From positions 58,220,001 through 58,284,000 of the forward strand of contig NC_086108.1 in assembly GCF_963921235.1 (NCBI RefSeq): a stretch of 64,000 bases of DNA. The letters run 5' to 3'. The DNA is from Mobula hypostoma (taxonomy: Eukaryota). Positions 14,486 to 27,580 of the stretch are shown here, piece after piece; position 1 is the stretch's first letter, and each line of letters opens with the position of its first letter. The translations under genes and the position numbers were made by a program. Under the pieces are notes generated by a model. The model saw only the letters and a program-made list of their open reading frames with translations. It had not been told where the DNA came from and did no database searches.

Positions 14486-15085
14486 TGTTTATCTATATAT
14501 ATATATACATTGCTAATATATATCTATCATATATACATGGCTAATCTGAAGAACACAAGTGCAAAAAGACAGTGTTGCCCAAAATGTTACAAGGGTTAGC
14601 CGATTACACTGGGTTCAAATTACATAACTGTACAGTCATTTTCAGAATAACATTTGCAGGAAAAGTAGGACATAGTGGTTATATTCTTAATTATGAGTGG
14701 CATGCATTAAGAAGAGCAGATGTTCAATAAGGATAAAACTTATCTTCTCAAAAAGCCCGAAAGACAAGTACACCACCCAGACTGGTGAGGAATTCAGAGA
14801 TTGGAAAATTCACCAGCATAAAAAAATACACAAAAGATTCCTCCTGCATTAATTTTTTAATGTTAAAAGCTAGAATGAGATATTGTCTCAATGCTTTGCT
14901 TCTGTTAATATTTAGTGTCTAGGGCCCTGTGAAGGTTGCTACCTTAGAACTGAAGAATCCTTTTATCTAAAAACGTTCTAAATTTCTGGAATATGGCAAG
15001 ACCAACATTATTGGCTATCTCTAATTCCCCCTGAACTGAGTGGCTTGCTAAACCATGTTACAGGGCTTCCATGAGACAATGCAGA

Positions 15086-15475
15086 TGTAACACCCTGGGA
15101 AAGGTTTCACTGCTAATGTAATGGTCTTTCTGTAGAAGCACTGCTAATGTAATGTTTTTTTCTGTAGCAGCAGTGCTTGGGTTATGGTTGGAGATAACGG
15201 GGGCTTTGGAATGTGCGCCGTCTAATGAAAGGAGTGTTGCGTGATTGAGATCGAGGTGATCTGAGTCTTTTGTTCAGCAGAAGATGGAGAGAGGAGATGC
15301 CAGAAAGGAGAGGTCGTAGACACCAGAAAGGAGAGGACAGAGTGGGGATGACAGTCGACGAAGCCAAGGGAAATCGATGGAGGTCCAGCGGAAGGGAAAC
15401 CATGAGCTCCAACTTGTGCAATTTAGACTGTTTCATTAAAATGGGCCTTTTTCTTTTTGTTTTACTTTACTAACT
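15086..15475 (+). mobile_element. Possible partial solo LTR
   Basis: Starts TGTAACA; contains a ~31-bp tandem duplication (CACTGCTAATGTAATG...CTGTAG). No closing CA end or TSD seen. Confidence 0.35.
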
Positions 15476-15555
15476 ATACTATACTTTTTTATATATATAC
15501 GTATATATACACACACACATTCACACACATATTTTTTATATACACACACATATTC

Positions 15556-15591
<36 letters not shown>
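15476..15591. repeat. (TA)n/(CA)n compound microsatellite
   Basis: Directly visible. Confidence 0.95.
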
Positions 15592-15595
<4 letters not shown>

Positions 15596-17193
15596 GGCAT
15601 GCAAAAGTTTGGGCACCCCGATCAAAATTTCTGTTACTGTGAATAGCTAAGCGAGTAAAAGATGAACTGATTTCCAAAAGGCATACAGTTAAAGATGACA
15701 CATTTCTTTAATATTTTAAGAAAACTTTTTTTTATTTCCATCTTTTACAGTTTCAAAATAACAAAAAAGGAAAAGGGCCCGAAGCAAAAGTTTGGGCACT
15801 CTGCATGGCAGTACTTAGTAACACCCACTTTGGCAAGTATCACACCTTGTAAACGCTTTTTTGTAGCCAGCTAAGAGTATTTCAATTCTTGTTTGGGGGA
15901 TTTTCGCCTATTCTTCCCTGCAAAAGGCTTCTAATTCTGTGAGATTCTTGGGCTGTCTTGCATGCACTGCTCTTTTGAGGTCTATCCACAGATTCTCAAT
16001 GATGTTTAGGTCGGGGGACTGTGATGGCCATGGCAAAACCTTCAGCTTGCACCTCTTGAGGTAGTCCATTGTGGATTTTGAGTTGTGTTTAGGATCATTA
16101 TCCTATTGTAGAAGCCATCCTCTTTCCTCTTCGGCATTTTTGTTTTTTACAGACGGTGTGATGTTTGCTTCCAGAATTTGCTGGTATTTAATGAATTCAT
16201 TCTTCCCTCTACCAGTAAAACTCCCCATGCCACTGGCTGCAACACAAGCCCAAAGCATGATCGATCCACCCCCGTGCTTAACAGTTGGAGAGGTGCTCTT
16301 TTCATGAAATTCTGCACCCTTTTTTTTTCCTAAACATACCTTTGCTCATTGCAGCCAAAATTCAGCGTCAGGTTTGCAAAGGAACATCTAAGCGAGCCTG
16401 GTGCATTTTGGAAACAAGTCCTGTAGACTGATAAAGTTAAAATAGAACTACCTGGCCGCAGTGAGCAAAGGTACATTTGGGAAAAAAAAGGGTGCAGAAT
16501 TTCATGAAAAGAACACCTCTCCAACTGTTAAGCACGGGGGTGGATCGATCATGCTTTGGGCTTGTGTTGCAGCCAGTGGCACGGGGAACATCTCACTGGT
16601 AGAGGGAAGAATGAATTCAATTAAATACCAGCAAATTCTGGAAGCAAACATCACACCGTCTGTAAAAAAGCTGAAGAGGAAAAGAGGATGACTTCTACAA
16701 CAGGATAATGATCCTAAACACACCTCAAAATCCACAATGGACTACCTCAAGAGACGCAAGCTGAAGGTTTTGCCATGGCCTTCACAGTCCCCTGACAAGA
16801 ATCTGTTGGTAGTCCTCAAAAGAGCAGTGCATGCAAGACGGCCCAAGAATCTCACAGAATTAGAAGCTTTTTGCATGGAAGAATGGGGGAAAATCCCCCA
16901 AACAAGAATTGAAAGACTCTTAGCTGGCTACAAAAAGTGTTTACAAGCTGTGATACTTGCCTAAGGGGGTGTTACTAAGTACTGCCATGCAGGGTGCCCA
17001 AACTTTTGCTTTGAGCCCTTTTCCTTCCTTGTTATTTTGAAACTGTAAAAGATGGAAATAAAAAAGTTTTTTGCTTAAAATATTAAAGAAATGTGTCATC
17101 TTTAACTTTATGCCTTTTGGAAATCAGTTCATCTTTTACTTGCTTAGCTATTCACAGTAACAGAAATTTTGACTGGGGTGCCCAAACTTTTGC
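15592..17193. mobile_element. Fold-back Tc1-family element made of two inverted 3' halves
   Basis: Begins CAGTGGCATGCAAAAGTTTGGGCACCC and ends GGGTGCCCAAACTTTTGC. 15592-16357 is the reverse complement of 16453-17193. Both arms encode Tc1 DDE motifs (VKHGGGSIMLWAC, QQDNDPKH, WPSQSPD). Confidence 0.9.
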
Positions 17194-17609
17194 GCGCATG
17201 TGTGTGTGGGTGTGCATGTGCGTATATTTTTATATACCTGTGCCTAAGACCTTGGCACAGTACTGCAGTGATTTCATACATTGCATTCTACTGCTGGCAC
17301 AAAAAACCCCTCAAATTTCATGACATATGAGAGTGATGATAAACCCGATTCTGATACAAGTCTCTGTTGTGGACAGAGTAGGAAGGGATCAGAGAGAGGG
17401 GAATCGTGGTTGGAAAAAGGGGAAGGAAGGGGGAGGGAGTGGGAAGGACCAGAGAAACATTCTGTAGTGATTAATAAACCAATTGTTTGGAATCAAATGA
17501 CTTTTCCTGGTGTCTCAGGGCTGGGTGTGTCTGCACCCACACCACCCCAGCCCAAGGGACTCCTATTCTGCCACCTGCCCCACAGCCCTCCCATGTCACT
17601 TCACCCTCA

Positions 17610-18069
17610 CAAAAGTCTTAGGCACCCTAGCTATATACGAGGGGTGATTGATAAGGTAGAAGGAGTCAATTTTAGAAAACCTAGCACATTTATTTTTCAA
17701 CATCGTCAACATTTTTCAACTCATCAATTAATAACTCATCGGAGGTGATTGATAAGTTTGTGGCCTAAGGCAGAAGGAGATGAGTTATTAACTTCAAACT
17801 TTCTGCATAATCACTCAGAGTTGAACTGCATGTGCATGTAACGAGAGCCTTACACCACGAGCTTATCAATCACCCATCTGTGGACACCTTCTGGAGGTCC
17901 AAGATCCGTATGCTCCACGACCGCTGGACTAAGTGTGTAAATATTGGAGGGGCTATGTTGAAAAACAAAATGTGCTAGGTTTTCTAAGATTGACTCCTTC
18001 TACCTTAGTCCACAAACTTATCAATCACCTCTCCTATATGTGCTTAGCTAAGGCTTTTGCACAGTACTG
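17610..18069. mobile_element. Tiny Tc1-type MITE split by a mariner MITE
   Basis: CAAAAGTCTTAGGCAC at 17610 and ...AAGGCTTTTGCACAGTACTG+TA ending 18069. The same right end occurs at 17239-17265. Confidence 0.55.
17638..18034. mobile_element. Mariner-type MITE with TA target duplication
   Basis: TA|CGAGGGGTGATTGATAAG...CTTATCAATCACCTCTCC|TA. Inverted ends ~70-80 bp (GGTAGAAGGAGTCAAT...CTAGCACATTT) plus internal copies of the terminal motif. Confidence 0.75.
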
Positions 18070-18835
18070 TAAAAAACCTCACCATAACAAAGATATAACT
18101 TCCATTGAACAAAGTACATAGACCCTCTATTCCCTATTTATCTACAGTGATGCAAAACAATCCTGCAAAATTAGATCACTAAGTCTGAAACTGCACACCT
18201 TTCAAATACCATATACCTAAATAATTACATAGCAAATTCTGAATATTCTCATTGTAAAATTTCATGCTCATATGTTAAATTCCAAGCTACAGTGTAAACA
18301 ATTGAGCATAGAAGTGATACCTTTCAAGATAAAAAAGCTGAATAAACATCAAGGGAACAAGCTATTTTATGTCTACTACTGTGTAATTAGAAAGAATTAA
18401 TAGATAATCTAGTGGTTAAAGTTTTTCTAAGTAAATATTAGTAAAATTTCATATAAATGTCAAAATAATGATATTTCAATATGAAGCCAGAGACTGAAAA
18501 GTACTGCTGTTCAAATGAGGCTAGATGTACTTGTACACAAATTACTGACTTTTAACATCAAGTACAGCAGGTGATTAAAGAGGTAAACTGAAGTTTGACA
18601 TAAGTTGCAGGACAAATTTGAGTACAACAGTCGAGATATTGTGCTCCAGTTGTATAGGATACTGCAGGAGCAAATCAAAAGTACTGTTTACTGGCCTGGC
18701 CTCCCAACCCAAGGATATACTCTGATAGAGTGTTGAGAAGGTTGACCATTTTGATACCACTCAGGTCAGTCAATGTCAAAACATTTCAGTTCCCGGGCTC
18801 TGACAATCAAGTCTGCACTTTTGGGCCTGTCCAGA

Positions 18836-19370
18836 TTCAGAATCAAATTTATCATCACTGACAACAACAATGTGAAATCTGTTGTTTTGCAGCAACGGCA
18901 CAGTGCAAAGACATAAAATAGCTATAATTTACAAAAATGAATAAATAAAGCAAAAAAGGAACAAGATGATGGTGTTCATGGACCATCATCTTATTCCTTT
19001 TTTGCTTTATTTATTCATCCATCATTAAATCTGATGGTGGAAGGGAAGAAGTTGTTTGGAATCACTGAGTGTGGGTTTTCAGGTTCTTGTACCTCTGTGT
19101 AGTAATGAGAAGAGGGCATGCCTTGGATGTTGAGGATCCTTACAAATGGATGTCACCTTCTTAAGACACCACATCTTAAAGATGTCCTTGATGGTGGGGT
19201 GAGTTGTGCCTGTGATGGAACTGGATGAGTATACAACACTCTGCAGTTTTTTGCAATCCTGAGTCTTACAAACTCTGTACCAGACTATGATGCAACCAGT
19301 CAAAACGTTCATTTACAGAAATTTGAAGGAGTCCTTGGTGACCTACTGAATCTCCTCAAACTCTTAAAGT
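18836..19370 (-). mobile_element. Rex1/Babar-type LINE 3' fragment
   Basis: ORF 19079..19312 LTGCIIVWY...LQSVV...KDPQHPRHALFS; ...ATTCTGAA tail. Confidence 0.75.
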
Positions 19371-19399
19371 AGAATTCTGTTCGAATGTACAGGGGTTGA

Positions 19400-19885
19400 A
19401 ATTATAAAGCTTTGGTGAGATATTATTTGTGTAGTACAGTCTGGTTTGGCCTCCTTACCTAAAATGAAGATATATTCACTTTCAGGTCGGTGTGACGTTG
19501 TGGGATAAGGAAGGTATCCTGTGAAGAGTGTTTAAGTAGGACTACCCTAAGCTCGTTAAGAAGTGGTCTCATTGGTTCTGAGGGGGACTGATTGGGCAGA
19601 TGCTCGGAAGCCATTTTCTCTAGGTGGGAAATCTAGGATTAGTGAGCAGAGTCTTAGAATGGAAGGTCAGCAATTAAGAACTGAGAATAGGGGGGGAAAC
19701 ACCCTTACTCAATGTTGAAAGCTTTTGGAATTCTCTACAGCCTCAGGGATAGTCAAACCTGATCTTTTTGGATTAACAGTAAAAGGATATGGGTATTGCA
19801 CAGGTAAGTGAACTTGAGCCGCAATTTTACTGAATGCAAAGAAGGCTCAAAAGCCCATATTGCTTACTTCTGCTCTATTCCTTAC
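19400..19885 (+). mobile_element. Old CR1 3' fragment
   Basis: Degenerate similarity to the CR1 3' end (YKALVR...LWNSL). Confidence 0.5.
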
Positions 19886-20347
19886 AGCCTTAAAACTCAA
19901 TTTATCTTCAGAGACAATAGTCTTTTATCCCAACTTCAGGAGCAGATCTATATCAGGCATCTTTCTGTCCAAAGAAAGAAATATGTCCATTTCTCCCCCA
20001 AAAGTATTACCCGAAGGATTCTCAAGGCTGGAATAATGAAAGGGGACAGCTATAATGCTTCTTCCATTTCAAAACTGTATACAACAATTCAACTACAAAT
20101 ATTTAATTCTACATTATATCTGAATAGGAGCAATTGCACAGATTAACAGCCTTCAATAAAATTCCAAGTTAACAGTTCCAAGTTTGTATTGAGGATTTTG
20201 TATGAAGTATGATTTTAGCAGTATTATGATCGATTAAAGTTAGAATGAATTTATACTGAGAAGATGGGCATTATAGCAAAACACATAAGTATTACTTCAA
20301 CAGAGATTTCAATATTGCTAAATTTATTCTTCTTCCACATTACATAC

Positions 20348-20447
20348 CAGTATTCTAAAACCTTGCGTGATCCTAGGCTGTACACAGCAGACTTAGACTC
20401 ACTTGGAAATGTCATAGCTGTTGCTGGATCATTGTCACCCGGTTGTT
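20348..20447 (-). CDS. LRRC40: LRRC40 internal coding exon, 100 bp (linker between LRR blocks)
   Basis: ttttgtgttttttgacaag|AACAACCG...GAATACTG|gtatgt. (E)QPGDNDPATAMTFPSESKSAVYSLGSRKVLEY matches recalled [24 protein letters not shown]. Phase 1 in, phase 2 out. The acceptor is the less common AAG. Confidence 0.88.
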
Positions 20448-20699
20448 CTTGTCAAAAAACACAAAATAAGCATTATTTGAACCATGTACACAGATAAAAG
20501 GAATAGGTCTGCCACTCAGTGTCACACTTCTTTCATCTATATTCTGCCATTATTCTCTGGTCAAGTTGCTCATAGAATCAAAATGAAACTTCATTATGAA
20601 GAGTAAAATACTAGTTAGTTACATATAATTTCAAGTTATAGAATTCTTCTAGTAAATCTGTGATGCATTCCCTACAAGGTCATCATTTATTTCCTTAAG

Positions 20700-20848
20700 T
20701 TTCAGATCAGAACCCTGCATTGGGAAGTTTCTGATCGTCAACCACAAAACATTGACATTTCCTTTCCTTCCAGACTTACTGCTTGACCTGCTGAGATCCT
20801 CCATCAGATTGGTTGTTGCTCCAGATTCCCACATCTGTAGTCACTTGC
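20700..20848 (+). mobile_element. Degenerate Penelope terminal-repeat fragment
   Basis: CTGCTTGACCTGCTGAG...GTTGCTCCAGATTCC...CATCTG resembles 28311-28376. Confidence 0.5.
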
Positions 20849-22080
20849 TTAGACCATAAGATAAAGGAGCAGAATTAGGCCATTTGGCCCATCTAGTCTG
20901 CTCTGCCATTTAATCATGGCTGATCCAATTTTCCTCTCAGCCCCAATCTCCTGCCTTCTCCCCATATCCCTTCATGCCCTGACCAATCAAAGATCTATCA
21001 ACCTCTGCCTTAAATATAACCCAATGACTTGGCCACCTGTGGCAATGGATTCCACAGAGTCACCATTCTCTGGCTAAAGAAATTCTTAATCAACTCCATT
21101 CTAAATGAATATACCTCCATTCTCACCCTGTGTCCTCTGGTCTTAGTCTCCCCCACCATAAGTATCATGCTCTCCACATCCAACCTATCGAGGTCTTTCA
21201 ACATTTGACAGATTTCAATGAGATCCCCCCCCCCCCCAATCATTCTTCTGAATCCCAGTGAGTACAGGCCCAGAGCTATCAAATGCTCCTCATACGATAA
21301 GCCTTTCAATCTCAAAAGAAAGGACTATAATTTCCTTTCTTCTGGCCTATAATTTGCTTTCTTCTGCCTCTCTCACTTCTCGAAGAGTGGAATGACATTC
21401 GTAATTTTCCAGTCCTCCAGAACCATGCCAGAATCCATTGATTCGTGAAAGATCATTACTAATGGCTACACAATCTCTTCAGCCACCTCTTTCTGAACGC
21501 TGGGGTGTACACCATCTGGTCCAGGTGATGTATCTACCTTCAATTTCCCAAAAACTTTCTCCTTAGTCAGAGCAACTTTACTTACTAGTGCCCCCTGACA
21601 CACCTGAACTTCCGCCATACTGCTAGTGTACTCCACAGTGAAGACTGATGTAAAATACTGCTCTAAAGTTAGCAGTATTTCCCCCTCTTGGGATCCAGAC
21701 TGGCCTGATTTTCCCAATCTACCTGCATACTGAAATCCCCCACGACTATCATAACATTGCCCTTTTGACATGCATTTTCTATCTCCCATTGTAACTTGTA
21801 GACTATATCGTTGCTACTGTTTGGTGGTCTGTATATAACTCCCATCAGGGTCTTTTTACCCTTGCAGTTTCTCAGCTCTCTCCATGATGGTTCTACAGAT
21901 TCCTATCCTATGTCACCTCTTTCTAAGGATTTGATTCAATTTTTCACCAACAGAACTACCCCACCTCCTCTGCCTACTTGCATGTCCTTTAGACACAAGG
22001 TGAATCTTTAGACGTTAAACTCCCAGCTATAATCTTCTTTCAGCCACGATTCAGTGAGGCCCACAATGTCATAACCACCA
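20849..22080 (-). mobile_element. CR1 LINE with large internal deletions
   Basis: 3' tail at 20850; ORFs 21010..21315 and 21466..21789 are CR1 ORF2 pieces; EN motif LTESWL near 22040. Confidence 0.82.
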
Positions 22081-23290
22081 TATTTCCTTATTTTCTACCA
22101 TCTACTTTGTAATAAAGAACAATATTCCAATTGTAATTTTTCATAATTTTTGTATATATGTATAAGCATCTAACATATTTTGCATGTGAAAGGTTAAATC
22201 CCACTGCTCCTGAACTCCTGGTCTCCTTATAGAAAATATTTTGATTTATTCTCACTGAACTTCATCTGCTAGAGTTTTCTCCAATAACTAAACATTACCT
22301 CTTTACTGCTTTCTGGTTCCATCTAATACCATGTCATTAAGTACAATAGTAAGCTGCAAACAAGGATATATAGACTTTATTCCTTCATCCAGGTTGTTAA
22401 TAAATATGGTGGATATTTGTGGACCTCAGCATAGGGTGCTTTGGGAGAATTTGCCATATCCCATTAATCAGTGGTTCACCTGTAAGGATATATATATTTG
22501 TCCATGTGTTTCACTATCACGTGCTAGTTGGAGATGAACGTTGGAGGGTGTCTGGAGATATTTTGTTTGAATATGCAGTTCAATTCAAAAGAGGAATATA
22601 TAGCAACACTCTTAAATTATGTCACAGGCAACGGAAATGTAGGCACACCTCTAAATGCAAAATGTGCATCCTGTGTGATGACCTCCAATGTACCCAGAAG
22701 ATTATCCAGAGCAACACAAACTAATAGCTGCTCAGTTAATTAAACTGCAGCTGACATTAGTCGTTCTTGGAAATTTACCAAAATAATAAACCTATGCATG
22801 AAATTTAATTTTTTCTGTTGTCTCTGAACCTTCAAGTTATTTTCTTCTCACATATGGCAACCTTATCATCTATTTGTTGGGCAAAGAATCTGGAATACTT
22901 TCACTTGTGACTGGTATAAGGAGTTCAAAGTAACACCCCTTGGATCTTCCCACTCTGGAAAAACACTAATCATCTGCTAAACACATTTTCATGTAAGTAT
23001 TAGGAACTTATCAAATAAAGGATAAATTGCAAACCCTCACCATAAAACTTATTGTTTTACGTGATTGATTTTTCTGAGGATATTTCTATTGTCATACCTT
23101 TTGTGAAGACCACAATGAAACCTGCTTACAATCAAAAGAGCTAAAAAATGAATTATTCCACAAAATTAAAGCCACTTAAACATACAGAAGTCCCTGGTGC
23201 CATCTCAGGAAAATGTATTCATTTTCAATAAAATCACACTGGTATATTACAAAGATAGCTACTTGAGTAAAAAATAAGTTGATTTTGTAC

Positions 23291-23336
23291 CTTCGATTCT
23301 ACTCCTCAAGTATTTGAGAAGTTCTTGTGTTCCTCT
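23291..23336 (-). CDS. LRRC40: LRRC40 internal coding exon, 46 bp
   Basis: ttatttacag|AGAGGAACA...ATCGAAG|gtac. RGTQELLKYLRSRIE matches recalled KGTQEVLKYLRSKIK. Phase 0 in, phase 1 out. Confidence 0.92.
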
Positions 23337-23859
23337 CTGTAAATAAAGTACATTTTTTAAACAAAAGCCGGCGAAGAAACATCCTAATTTCTCTTTAACA
23401 AATGCCAACTAAACTTGGAGGAAGTTAGTGAGTAATATGAACCATAACTAGAAAATATATCAAAATACCAAGGGCTGCATGCAAGTGGAATGACTGCAAA
23501 CTAACTACTATGCTGAGGAAGAGACCACGATGACAGGAATATATTTTTTAAATTGTGGACTCCGCAAACCTCATGGCTCCAAAATATGTACTACGCACAG
23601 AATGTTAGAGGTACCTGCACTGACTGGAGGATCATCATGTGTATTAAGTCAATAAACTAATTAGCATGACCGAATATTACTTATTTTTAATATATATTTT
23701 AAAGGTACTTATTGATCCATTGCAACAGCATGAGCAGTAGCCGAGGAACAATCAGTAATAAGATTTTCAGCTTTATTAAAAGCAAAGTAGTTTTCTTTTT
23801 CAAAACAAAACATGATAATTTTCTTTGTTGTTGGTCTTTGAACTTTTTAAAATCAACCG

Positions 23860-24066
23860 CAATTGAGGCCTGTTACCGGACCTGCCTCTCGGTTTTGTTG
23901 CACTACCTTACTTTCCCTTTTCTATTTTCTGTTTAGACTTATAATTTAAATTTTTAATATTTACTATTGATTTGTACTCCAGGGAGCACGAAGAGCAGAA
24001 TCAAATATTGCTGTCATGATTGTACACTCTACTATCAATTGTTTGGCGACAATAAAGTATAAAGTA
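23860..24066 (+). mobile_element. Rex1-type LINE 3' UTR fragment
   Basis: Ends AATAAAGTATAAAGTA repeat tail. Confidence 0.5.
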
Positions 24067-24146
24067 CAAAACCTCAGCAATACTTTATCACCATTAGATA
24101 CTTTGACAAAGTTTTTTCTGGAAATGATCAGTCAAGTAGGGGTATA

Positions 24147-25774
24147 CACTAGTGCCAGAAAGTTTGGGAACCCTGTAGAATTTCCTCTATTGCAGCATAA
24201 ATATGACCTAAAATGTGATCAGATCTTCATGTAAGTTCTGAAACTAGATAAAGACAACCCAATTAAATAAACACAAAAGACCATTATACTTGTTCATTTA
24301 TTTAGAGAGAAAAATAATCTATTATTACATGTATTTGTTGGAAAAAGTATGTGAACCTTTGCTTCCAGTAACTGGTGTGACCCACTTGTACAGCAATAAC
24401 TTCAATCAAGCATTTCTGGTAACTGTTAATCAGTCCTTCACATTGACCTGGAGGAATTTTATGCCATTCCTCCTTACAAAACTGCTTCAACTCCGGGATG
24501 TTGGTGGGCTTCCTTGCATGAACTGCTTCCTTCAGGTCTTTCCACAACATTTCTATAGGATTAAGGTCAGGATTTTGACTGCCATTCCAAAACACAACTT
24601 CTCTTCTTTTTAACCCATTCTGTTGTTGATTTACTCTTGTCTTCTGGATCATTGTCTTGTTGCATTATCCAAATTCTATTAAGCTTCAGATAACAGATTG
24701 CTAACCCTGACATTCTCCTGTAACATGTCTTGATACAATTTTGAATTCATTGTTCTCTCAACGATTGCAAGCTGTTCAAGCCCCAAGGCAGCAAAGCAGC
24801 TCCAAACCATGATGCTCCTTGCACCACGCTTCACAGTAGGGATGAGGTTTTGATTTTGGTGTTGGTGTGCAGTGGCCTTTTTCCTCCTAACATAGCAATG
24901 TGGATTTCTGCCAAAAAGTTCAACTTTTGTCTCATCTGTCTATTGAAAGTTGTCCCAGAACCATTGTAGAACATCCAGGTGGTCTTTTGGAAACTTGAGA
25001 TGAGCAGCAATGCTTTTTTTTTAAAAAAAGAGCAGCGGTTTCCTCCGTGTATCATTCCACGAGCACCATTCTTGTTCAGTGTTTTTTTTATATAGTGGCT
25101 AGATGAACAGAGACTTTAGCAAGTTCTGGAGATTTCCGCAGGTCTTTTGCTGTTAGGCTTGGGTTCTTTTTCACCTCCTTCAGCATTGCATGTTGTGCTC
25201 TTGGTGTGATCTTTGCAGGATGCCCACTCCTAGGGAGAGTAGCAACAGTACTAAGTTTCCTCCATTTGTAGACAATTTCTCTTACTGTGCACTGATGAAC
25301 ACCCAGGTCTTCTGAAATGCTTTTGTAGCCTTTTCCAGCTACGTGCATCTCTACAAATCTTCGTCTAAACTCCTCTAAAAGTTGTTTTGATCGAGGTATA
25401 GTGCACATAAACAGATCTTCATTGAGAAGAGCAGTCTCTGTCAGTAACCTGACTTTGTGAATCTTTTTTTATAGGGTGGGGCACCTCTACAACCCACACC
25501 TCCAATCTCATCTCATGGACTGGAACACCTGACTCCAAATAGCTTCTGTAGAAGGCATTACCTGGAGGTTCATATACTTTTCCCAACAAATACATCTAAT
25601 ATTGGATCATTTTTCTCAATAAATATATGAACAAGTATAAAGTTTTTGTGTTATTTACTTGAGTTCTCTTTAGTTAGTTTTAGGACTTAGATGAAGCTCT
25701 GATCACATTTTAGGTCATATTTGTGCAGAAATAGAGAAAATCTGACAGAGTTCACAAACTTTCTAGCACCATTG
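24147..25774 (-). mobile_element. Full-length Tc1-like DNA transposon, transposase disrupted
   Basis: TA|CACTAGTGCCAGAAAGTTTG ... CAAACTTTCTAGCACCATTG|TA with ~200-bp TIRs. Transposase pieces GKGYKSIS, LPRSGHPAKIT, NPDLNPIEMLW. Confidence 0.92.
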
Positions 25775-26681
25775 TATGTGTTTATTGGTTTGTTCCATTG
25801 TGGGCATATCGCTGCAAACTTAAGTTATGCCCAAGATTACTAGTGAATAGCTATTAAGTATTTTGTTATCCATATTGTGGAATCCATGAAGGAAAAGATG
25901 ACTGGCCTGAAATAAACAACAAAATATGATCAAAATACGTGTAGGCTGAGACCTCCAGCTCCTCATGCCTGCTTTACCTTCACTGATTACAGCTCAGTGT
26001 TCAACACCATCATGCCCTCAGTACTAATCAACAACTCCAAAATAGGTCTCTATACCTCCCTCTGCAACTGGATATTTGACTTCCCCATTAAAAGACCACA
26101 GTAAGTGCAGAATGGAAATAACATCTTTCCCTTGCTGACGATCAACACTAGTGCACCTTAAGGATGCATGCTTAGCCCACTGCTCTACTCTCTACACCCA
26201 CAAATGTGTGGCCGGACACAGTTCAAATGCAATCATTAAATATGACATGAGACGACTATTGGCAGAATTTCAGATGATGATAAGGTGGTGAACAGGAGTG
26301 AGATAAATCAACTGACTAAGTGGTGTTGCATGCAAGACCAAGAAATTAATTGTGGACTTTAGGAAGGGGAAATCGAGGAAACACACATCAGTCCTCAATG
26401 AGCGATCAGCAGTGGAAAGGGTGAGGAGTTTTAAGTTCCTGGGTGTCAACATCTCTGAGGATCAATCCTGGGCCCAACATATCCAGGCAGTTACAAAGAA
26501 GGCACGACAGCCGTTATATTTTATTAGGAGTTTGAGGAGACTGGACATGACACCAAAGACTCTCACAAATTTCTACAGATCTACCACGGAGAGCATTCTA
26601 ACTGGTGCATTTTGGTACGGAGGGTTGACTGCACAGGATTGGAAAAAGCTGCAGAAAGTAACAAACTGAACCAGCTCCAGT

Positions 26682-27580
26682 CACAATCAAGAGAAAGTCT
26701 GCAGATAGTCATAGTCATACTTTATTAATCCCGGGGGAAATTGGTTTTCATTACAGTTGCTCCATAAATAATAAATAGTAATAGAACCATAAATAGTTAC
26801 ATAGTAATATGTAAATTATGCCAGTAAATTATGAAATAAGTCCAGGACCAGCCTATTGGCTCAGGGTGTCTGACCCTCCAAGGGAGGAGTTGTAAAGTTT
26901 GATGGCCGCAGGCAGGAATGACTTCCTATGACGCTCAGTGCTGCATCTCGGTGGAATGAGTCTCTGGCTGAATGTACTCCTGTGCCCACCCAGTACATTA
27001 TGTAGTGGATGGGAGACATTGACCAAGATGGCATGTAGCTTAGACAGCATCCTCTTTTCAGACACCACCATGAGAGAGTCCAATTCCATCCCCACAACAT
27101 CACTGGCCTTACGAATGAGTTTGTTGATTCTGTTGGTGTCTGCTACCCTCAGCCTGCTGCCCCAGCACACAACAGCAAACATGATAGCACTGGCCACCAC
27201 AGCCTCATAGAACATCCTCAGCATCGTCCGGCAGTTGCTAAAGGACCTCAGTCTCCTCAGGAAATAGAGACGGCTCTGACCCTTCTTGTAGACAGCCTCA
27301 GTGTTCTTTGACCAGTCCAGTTTATTGTCAATTCGTATCCCCAGGTATTTGTAATCCTGCACCATGTCCACACTGACCCCCTGGATGGAAACAGGGGTCA
27401 CCGGTACCTTAGCTCTCAGGTCCTGCAACACACACAAAATGCTGGAGGAACTCAGCAGGCCAGACAGCATCCATGGAAATGAGTACAGTTGACGTTTCGG
27501 CCCAAATTGGCAACTGTACTCTTTTCCATAGATGCTGCCAGGCCTGCTGAGTTTCTCCAACATCTTGTGTGTGTTGCTTG
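26682..27580. mobile_element. Palindromic Penelope-terminal-repeat derivative, itself split by a Rex1
   Basis: Start CACAATCAAGAGAAAGTCTGCAGA (26682-26705); inverted arms 27425-27491 and 27511-27577; TGAACCAGC occurs at 26667-26675 and 27579-27587. Confidence 0.7.
26706..27421 (-). mobile_element. Young 5'-truncated Rex1/Babar LINE
   Basis: Open frame YKYLGIRIDNKLDWS...RLYFLRRLRSF...SHPLH...AAIKLYN; AATAAA followed by (TATGAC)n tail. Confidence 0.88.

Noticed and set aside
17281..17748. 155-aa ORF
   Set aside because: It spans junctions of several repeats and has no recognisable domain.
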